Below are positions 14,343 to 20,232 of a stretch of 20,232 bases of DNA, piece after piece (position 1 is the stretch's first letter; the number at the start of each line of letters is the position of its first letter). A program made the translations under genes and the position numbers. This DNA is from Pedosphaera sp. (lineage in GTDB: Bacteria > Verrucomicrobiota > Verrucomicrobiia > Limisphaerales > SIBH01): positions 1 through 20,232 of the forward strand of contig JANOQV010000144.1 of NCBI GenBank assembly GCA_031414955.1, in the 5' to 3' direction. Under the pieces are notes generated by a model. It had not been told where the DNA came from. It did no database searches and was given only the letters and a program-made list of their open reading frames with translations.

Positions 14343-15392
14343 TTAATAAGGTGTTGGTCGCTCAACGGCTGCCTTTTTCCAAGCTTTCAATTCGCCGTTC
14401 ACGACTGGTGCGACTTTGGCCGGGTCCATGAATTCGGGCGAGGCGTGCAGGAGCACACCAAACTTCAGCCGCAGCGGCTCGCCTGTTGGCACGGTGAAGG
14501 GCAGCGAGGGCACATCCTTCACGCCGGGCGGCGGGCCGGTGGGATTCATGGCAAGGAATCCGTAGTCGCGCGCGTGCGACCAGACGGGGCGCGAGTTGTC
14601 CGTCGCGGCGCAGACGAGGACACCCGCGTGGCGGCCATTCATTGTGCCGGAGTAGTCCCACCATGTCCCGATGCGGCCCCAATTGCCCGCTTCGTTCTTG
14701 CCGCCGTGACTGCTGACGATGCTGCCGGTGCCGCCTTTCACGACGAGCGGCGTGGCGATGCGAAAGCTCAGTCCCATCTCGTGCTGCGGTCCGAAGATGA
14801 GCGGCCCGTCCGCGCGGCGCAGCGTGGTGCTCCACATCAGCAGCGTGCCCGGCAGCGCGGGCTGGATCGTTTCGCCAGCGACGAAACAAAACTCATTCGT
14901 GCCGCGACAGACCTCGATGCCATCCGGCGCGAGATATTTTTCCTCCACGGCGAACGACAGCCGCCCGCCCTCGACGCGCGGCCCGCGCACGAAGCGCACA
15001 TGCTCGATGCGCACATGCTCGATGCGCCCTTTGTTGCGCCAGAAATCCACGCCATTCAGGTCGCCAAACGCGAGCGCGAGTCCCGGATGCATGGTGTCGT
15101 GGTCGGTGGCGTCCCGGCCTTTCACCGGCGGAAAATTGCGCGTGACCTGCGTGCCGTCGGGCGCGTGGAGCCGGGCGAAATAGGGGCGCGGAATTTTTGC
15201 GTCGCGGAAGACAAACTCGGCGACGGGCTGGCCGGAGTGCGCGATGACCAACCGGTCCGCGCTCTCGATGAAACGGAAGCCATCGCCCTTTGGCCACACA
15301 GTTACATCAGCGGCGAAAATCGGATTTTTGAAATCAGCGCCCAGAAGAGACAGCGACAACGACGCCATGCAAAGAATCAACCGGTGAAGCAT
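14343..15392 (-). CDS. Secreted DUF6807/'PmoA family'-like protein
   Basis: RPYFARLHAPDGTQVTRNFPP, DHDTMHPGL..FGDLNGVDFW, EMGLSFR, WWDYSG, WSHARDYG; signal peptide from ATG 15392. Confidence 0.75.
   Translation of the reverse strand: MLHRLILCMASLSLSLLGADFKNPIFAADVTVWPKGDGFRFIESADRLVIAHSGQPVAEFVFRDAKIPRPYFARLHAPDGTQVTRNFPPVKGRDATDHDTMHPGLALAFGDLNGVDFWRNKGRIEHVRIEHVRFVRGPRVEGGRLSFAVEEKYLAPDGIEVCRGTNEFCFVAGETIQPALPGTLLMWSTTLRRADGPLIFGPQHEMGLSFRIATPLVVKGGTGSIVSSHGGKNEAGNWGRIGTWWDYSGTMNGRHAGVLVCAATDNSRPVWSHARDYGFLAMNPTGPPPGVKDVPSLPFTVPTGEPLRLKFGVLLHASPEFMDPAKVAPVVNGELKAWKKAAVERPTPY
14994..15027. repeat. 15-bp in-frame tandem duplication (RIEHV RIEHV)
   Basis: GCGCACATGCTCGAT twice, followed by GCGC. 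Confidence 0.9.
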
Positions 15393-15510
15393 GGCCACGA
15401 GCCTACGCACTGGGGCCAACATTGCACACCGCCAAAATGATGGCTGGAATCAAGTTCTGATCCCACTTTCAGGATTGCGACCACGAGTGAAACAAGTTCG
15501 GCAGGACAAA

Positions 15511-16017
15511 TCACTCACCTCCGCTATTCGTCTCGGTCTCGCGCACCTGATACTTCTCCCGTTCCTCCGGTGTCATCTTTTCAAACGCCACCGTCTCGCG
15601 GTATTCGCGCGCTTCGGCGGTCATTGTGAACGTCGCTTCAAGGGTTTTCTCAGCGACGAACTCTCGAAGGCGCTGGATGGGAACGCGGAAAAATTCCTTT
15701 CGATAGTTCACTTTGTTCACGCGCAAATCGTCGAACCGCTCGTGCAACAACCGCTCCAAGGCAGGTGCGTCGTCGCTGCGAATCATGGCATGAACATCGA
15801 AGCTGAACGGCACAGAGGCGTCGCTGAGTTCCTTGATGCGGTCATCAGGTTCCAGACGCCGGGTCATGCCAATCTTGAGCACGTCTTCCCCGAATGAGCC
15901 GAGGTTCGAGATGATGTAGACGTGACCGCTGCGGGTCTGCTGCGCCATCGAGAGCGCGCGCTGGTTCTTCGCCTCCGCTTCGGTGAGCTTTTGGCTCAAC
16001 TCGGCTATTCGCTGGGC
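15511..16017 (-). pseudogene. C-terminal fragment of a DUF4041/T5orf172 (GIY-YIG-like) protein
   Basis: RALSMAQQTRSGHVYIISNLGSFGEDVLKIGMTRRLEP.DRI.EL.DASVPF.FDVHA...VN.RKEFF. The upstream part of the track ORF is an alternative frame of the amidohydrolase gene. Confidence 0.85.
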
Positions 16018-16853
16018 TTGCGTTGAAGGTTCTGCGGGCCGCGCTTGAGCACGGTGAGCTGATGGTCTATCCGCCCGCAGATGTAAGGCAGCGTGCCGCC
16101 GAAATGCGGGCAGACGAGCTTGAGCTTCGGGTGCCGGTCGAGCAGGCCGCTGGCGATGATGCGGGCCAGCGCGATGGTGTTCTCGAACATGTTCCCCAGC
16201 GTGCTCGTTAACTCGTAGCCCTTCACCTGTTCGGTGGTCATCGGCTTGGCCGGATGCAGCAGGATGGGCACGTCCAACTCCTCCGCGCGGGCGTAGAGCC
16301 AATGGAACTGCGGCTCGTCGCACCACGCGCCGGCGAGGTTCGTGTAGAGCAGGATGCCCCGGAAGCCGAGCTTCTTCACGCAGCGGTCGAGTTCCGCGGC
16401 GGCGGCCTTCTCATTTTGCAACGGCAGCGTGCATAAACCGCGGAAGCGCGTCGGATGTTTCGCGATCACGCCCGCGAGCGAATCGTGAATCAACTGCGCC
16501 ACCGCCGGGCCGTCGTCGCCGAACCATTCGGGCCCGGGATCGTTCGTGCTCAACATCGTGATCTCGATGCCGCTGGCGTCCATCGCGGCGAGTTTCGCGT
16601 CCACGCTGACGTAGGCCGGCGGCACCTTGCGCAGCCAGTCGCCCATCTTGAGGAAGGTGGTGCCGTCCTGAACGTAAACCAGCGGCTCGGTCTTGCGCCG
16701 GCGCATCAGCTCGAGCACTTCGGGAAAGAACAGATGGCTCTGGCAGTCGATGAGGCCGGTGGTGAGGCGCTCGGCGGGCGCGCGCTCGGCGGCGGCGAGG
16801 GGCAACGCGGCCAGGGCGGAGCCGGAGGTGGCGAGAAAGCGGCGGCGGATCAT
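16005..16853 (-). pseudogene. Amidohydrolase_2 (ACMSD-like) protein with Tat-like signal, C-terminally truncated
   Basis: MIRRRFL; IDCQSH; RFRGLCTLPLQ; VPILLHP; CPHFGGTLPY. Ends at KPSE*, lacking the expected final strands with the SD-x-P motif. Confidence 0.8.
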
Positions 16854-16948
16854 GATTTTGGATCAGGTTGATTCATTTGCGGCGGCTGCGCGGGCTTCGT
16901 TTCCTGCGACAACTCGAGGCAGACGGCGATGCGAGTAATTGTCTTCAT
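16850..16948 (-). other. 32-aa mini-ORF, possible collapsed gene remnant
   Basis: MKTITRIAVCLELSQETKPAQPPQMNQPDPKS*; signal-peptide-like start; stop overlaps the amidohydrolase ATG (ATGA). Confidence 0.35.
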
Positions 16949-16988
16949 GTCCAAGTCAGAGTGCTGCGCTTCGATTCGGTTATGCCCG

Positions 16989-17296
16989 TCATTTCTTAAG
17001 CTCACCGTTCGTCGGCGATGTGCCCGCGCCGAGATTGCTTCGGAGCCAGGCCAACACATTCGCCACGTCGGCGGGCGGGAGACCTTCGGCGAACGAGGGC
17101 ATCAACGAGCTCGCGAGGCGGCGCACGCCGGTCACGTCCTTGCGCAGGAGCACCTGCTCGACACCATTGGGTAACGCCAGCGTCAGGCTCGTCGCGCCGT
17201 CGTCTTTCAAGATGCCGGTGATGGGCACCGCGGCGGCGCGGCGGCCGCTTGGAGCACGGTTAACGCGACCAACAGGGCGATGATGAGCGATTTCAT
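16989..17296 (-). pseudogene. Collapsed PVC-type heme-binding protein gene: signal peptide joined out of frame to the C-terminal end
   Basis: ATG 17296 gives MKSLIIALLVALTVLQAAAAPPR; another frame continues VPITGILKDDGATSLTL...SSLMPSFAEGLPPADVANVLAWL, the typical tail of the CxxCH heme-binding domain. The CxxCH motif itself is missing. Confidence 0.7.
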
Positions 17297-17308
17297 AGGC
17301 AGAGCTGG

Positions 17309-18148
17309 TTAGAGAAGCGACTGAGCTTTTGGCACGAACAGGGTCATGCCCACGGCCAGCGGAGTGCCTGCGTGGGCGGTGACGATGCCGTTCATGCCAA
17401 ACGTGACGCCGCCGAGCGCGGGATCGCGGCGATAAGTGGCCAGCGTGCGCAGCGGCTCCTTGCCCACAGCCGCCGTCGTCTGCTCGATGGTGGTGATGCG
17501 GCAACGCTCGCAGGGTTTCACCAGCCGGATCTCAAAGCCGTCACCACGCAGCACATTCGCGACATCCTCTCCATGCGGACCGAGTCCGCGAATGACGATG
17601 TTCGGTCGGAACCGGTTCATCGGCAGTGCTGCCACAAGGCGGCGGTTGAGATCCTCCAGGGATTCCTCGCCGAGGACCAGCAGCGGATACCCGTCGCTGA
17701 AGTGATTCTCCGCGTCCACACCGTGAGTCCATTGATGATTGCTGAGCCGCCGGTGCGCGGGGTCGAAGCGCACCAGACGCACGGCTTGCCCGAGAAATGC
17801 GCTGAGCCACGCGGCAGCCACGGAACCTTCATCCAGCGCACCACAATCATCGCGCCAGACCCGCACCCGGCAGCGCGGTCGATCGCGCCCGGCCAGCGAC
17901 AGCTCCAAAGCGTCCGATTGCCCCGGCGCACTCAAGCGCAACGTCTCGGACGTGAGCGCCGTCTCGATCAGCGCCAGGCGTGGCAGGGCGCGCTGCGTGA
18001 GGAACTGGCCCTCCGCATCCACGACCATCCACTCGCGATCATGAGCGAGACCACGGCCGGTCAACTCCGCAGTGGCCAGCGCGATCCCGCGACAAGACTT
18101 CACCGGATAAATATGGAGGCCGGTGATCGTGGCGTGGGTTGGTTTCAT
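17309..18148 (-). CDS. MOSC-domain protein (YcbX/mARC-like)
   Basis: IYPVKSCRG, DREWMVVD, FSDGYPLL, RFRPNIV, KPCERCRITT, FGMN; ATG 18148. Confidence 0.92.
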   Translation of the reverse strand: MKPTHATITGLHIYPVKSCRGIALATAELTGRGLAHDREWMVVDAEGQFLTQRALPRLALIETALTSETLRLSAPGQSDALELSLAGRDRPRCRVRVWRDDCGALDEGSVAAAWLSAFLGQAVRLVRFDPAHRRLSNHQWTHGVDAENHFSDGYPLLVLGEESLEDLNRRLVAALPMNRFRPNIVIRGLGPHGEDVANVLRGDGFEIRLVKPCERCRITTIEQTTAAVGKEPLRTLATYRRDPALGGVTFGMNGIVTAHAGTPLAVGMTLFVPKAQSLL

Positions 18149-18351
18149 GGGTGCAAATGGAGTGATTGAACCGCGCTCCGGCAATCGCGCCACAGTGGCT
18201 GCATCAACTCGTGGACTGGGAAAATTTCGTGAACGTCATCGTAGCGGAGAAAGTCGCGTCCGCCCGGCTCGCGGGCGACGCTGCCGACCGGGACCTGAAA
18301 AATCGGGAAGCGCAAACCCAGCGATTCGGTGAAGGCGGTGGCGCGATTCAT
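18145..18351 (-). pseudogene. Internally deleted nitronate monooxygenase-family gene remnant (68 aa)
   Basis: N-terminal FTESLGLRFPIFQVPVGSVA resembles the NMO start; GRDFLRYDD and VHEIFPVHELMQPLW resemble late and terminal NMO segments. ATGA overlaps at both ends. Confidence 0.65.
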
Positions 18352-19394
18352 TTAGTTCGGGGCAGCAATTGCGCGAGCCCAGCGGTGGCCCACGCCGTGG
18401 CGGCGGTGGAGAGAAACTGATGCTCGCCATACGGATCACCATTCTCGAAGTAGGGCTGCGCCTTCACCTTCACATGCGACTCAGCCAGCCACGAGCCGTC
18501 GGCATGCTGCGCCTTCAGCAGGTAGTCGCGAGCGCGAATGATGGCCGGATGATCCGCGGCGGTGCCGGTCTTGCGCAGCATGAACATGGTCTGGCCCGTC
18601 GAGTAAGTGTCGCTCGGCCGGCCCTTGTTTTCCGCCCAGCCGCCATCGTCCTGTTGCGCGGTGAAAATGGCGGCGAGCGTGCTCTGCTTCAGGCCATCGC
18701 CGCCGCCGAGGTGATGCAGTCCCCACAGCCGCCAGAGCCGATCCTGCTGATCGCGCAGCGGAGCTTTGGCCAGCCATTGCTCCGCCTTCGTTCGCGCTTC
18801 GGCGACGCGGGGGCGCTGCTCCGGGCTGGCGTATTTTTCCAATCCCATGAGCACGAGCACGGTGTCGCCAATGAGCGAAGCCTGCATCGGTGCGCGACGA
18901 CACGATGCCTGCCAGTGCCCGTCCCGCGCTGCCAGCGGTGGACTCTCCTTGTTGCCATCGCGCAGCCGCGAGACGCCCTGAATCTGGAGCAGATATGCCA
19001 CCATTGAAGTTGTGGTCTTGTCCGACGGCCGCTGGTCGAGGCTCAAGGCCCAGAAACCAAAACCCGTTGTCGCCGCGCCGCCCGGCACATGATCGCCCTC
19101 ATCCATGTCCTCGATGCGTTCCTCGAAATACTTCAGCGTCGTGTCCGCCTGTGATTTCATCCACACCTTGTCCAAAGGAAAGCCGCCCCGCGCCGCCTCC
19201 ACCGCCGCGAGCATCGGCAGCGTCTGATGGTGGCAGGAAAAACACTTCTTGTGCGTCTGCCAGTCACTCGCCGCCTGCTTTACGCGGGCCAGGCCACGCC
19301 GGGTCGCGGATTCAAGGTTGTTGGTGGTCTCAGCGGCGTGCAACGCGGCCAGCGGAGCAAGCAGTAGGGCGGTGAGGATGAGGGTGTGTTTCAT
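18348..19394 (-). CDS. Secreted prenyltransferase/squalene-cyclase repeat protein with CxxCH motif
   Basis: Signal MKHTLILTALLLAPLAALHAA; CFSCHHQ; QW-like repeats QQDDGGW and AQHADGSW; C-terminal QPYFENGDPYGEHQFLS. Confidence 0.85.
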   Translation of the reverse strand: MKHTLILTALLLAPLAALHAAETTNNLESATRRGLARVKQAASDWQTHKKCFSCHHQTLPMLAAVEAARGGFPLDKVWMKSQADTTLKYFEERIEDMDEGDHVPGGAATTGFGFWALSLDQRPSDKTTTSMVAYLLQIQGVSRLRDGNKESPPLAARDGHWQASCRRAPMQASLIGDTVLVLMGLEKYASPEQRPRVAEARTKAEQWLAKAPLRDQQDRLWRLWGLHHLGGGDGLKQSTLAAIFTAQQDDGGWAENKGRPSDTYSTGQTMFMLRKTGTAADHPAIIRARDYLLKAQHADGSWLAESHVKVKAQPYFENGDPYGEHQFLSTAATAWATAGLAQLLPRTK

Positions 19395-19446
19395 AGCGTG
19401 ACTCATTCCTCGAGTTTTTTGTTAAGCTGGAGGCACCAGCGCCGCG

Positions 19447-20232
19447 CTAATTTTTTGGAATTTCATTCACCGTGTAGTAGGCCTTTTTGTGGAGCAGGGG
19501 TTGGCCGTCTTGCGCGGTGATTTTCGCGAAGTCGAAGTCGTGGATGTGGTCTTCCGTGATTTTGTCGAGATGAACATAAACGGAGAGCCCGTCAGCCGAA
19601 GGGACGGCCTGGGTCACGCGCGGGGTTGTCTGGTCCACCTCGGGGCTGCCGTAGGCGCCGTGGTAGATGTGGGTGTAGGTGGTGATGCTGTAGGCGTCGG
19701 TCTTCGCGGCGGCTTGTTTGTCGATGGGCTTGGTGAAGGTGACGAGGAAGCCGTCCTTCTTGATGTTGATTTCTTTGACCTCGAAGGGCACGACGCCGTT
19801 CCAATCAATCCGCTGGAGGGCGAAAGGCTCCGTCCCGCGCACGGGCCACTGGCTGCTCGTGGTGAACCCTCCGGCGATAAGCTGGCCCTTGGGCGAAAAT
19901 TCCACATTCATGATCCCGGTGGCCAGTCCTTCGCGGAAGGGATAACACGCGCCCTGCCACACGCCGTTCACCTGCTCGGTCGTCGCGCGCATGAGGATGC
20001 TCTGCGTGTAGTCGCCGAGGAAAAGCTGCCCGTCGAACGGGCCGAATTTTCCGCCGGTGTTGTTGAGGCGAAATCCGGAAATCGAGCGGCCCATTTTGAT
20101 GTAGGGAAACTTCACCGCCGGCGGCACGAGTTCCTTCACGCGCTTCTTTTCCACGCCCATGCGCGAGTTGCTGTTCGGTGTAAGCTCAGGCGCTTTCATG
20201 CCGGGGACGAAGGGATACCAGTTGTAGCTGGC
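19447..20232 (-). CDS. 3' part of a PVC-type beta-propeller (sorbosone-dehydrogenase-like) protein; 5' end outside the window
   Basis: Frame is open to the window end; FGPFDGQLFLGD, VNGVWQGACYPFREG, DGFLVTFTKPID, YGSPEVD, AYYTVNEIP. Confidence 0.75.
   Translation of the reverse strand, partial: ASYNWYPFVPGMKAPELTPNSNSRMGVEKKRVKELVPPAVKFPYIKMGRSISGFRLNNTGGKFGPFDGQLFLGDYTQSILMRATTEQVNGVWQGACYPFREGLATGIMNVEFSPKGQLIAGGFTTSSQWPVRGTEPFALQRIDWNGVVPFEVKEINIKKDGFLVTFTKPIDKQAAAKTDAYSITTYTHIYHGAYGSPEVDQTTPRVTQAVPSADGLSVYVHLDKITEDHIHDFDFAKITAQDGQPLLHKKAYYTVNEIPKN

Noticed and set aside
15087..15092. ATGCAT site as evidence about MTase specificity or site avoidance
   Set aside because: One site noticed by eye in GC-rich DNA is uninformative; a genome-wide count is needed.
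15511..16326. 271-aa ORF as a complete gene
   Set aside because: Its first ~100 residues are an off-frame reading of the amidohydrolase; only the part below about 16017 looks like real protein.

Overview
GC-rich bacterial DNA. The signal-peptide style, PVC-type CxxCH proteins and ECF sigma/FecR-LamG pair suggest Verrucomicrobiota or another PVC-group organism (inference). Almost all backbone genes are on the minus strand: an ECF sigma factor, a FecR-LamG anti-sigma, an alpha/beta hydrolase and three paralogous GLSMGG serine esterases, plus ThuA-like, DUF6807-like, MOSC and prenyltransferase-repeat genes. Between two esterase paralogs sits a plus-strand, more AT-rich defence cassette (about 4110-8135). 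It begins with a degenerate 3' fragment of thiC, then a phage P2 Old-like ABC-ATPase/TOPRIM nuclease translationally coupled to a YhdJ-like adenine methyltransferase, then a restriction-endonuclease-like gene split by a +1 frameshift in a C6 run. A TGTCCA-N17-G(A/G)AGTA promoter-like motif occurs three times. The 15.4-18.4 kb segment holds several collapsed or truncated genes. A REP-doublet-like palindrome lies inside the anti-sigma ORF. All family assignments come from motif recognition by eye; no searches were run.
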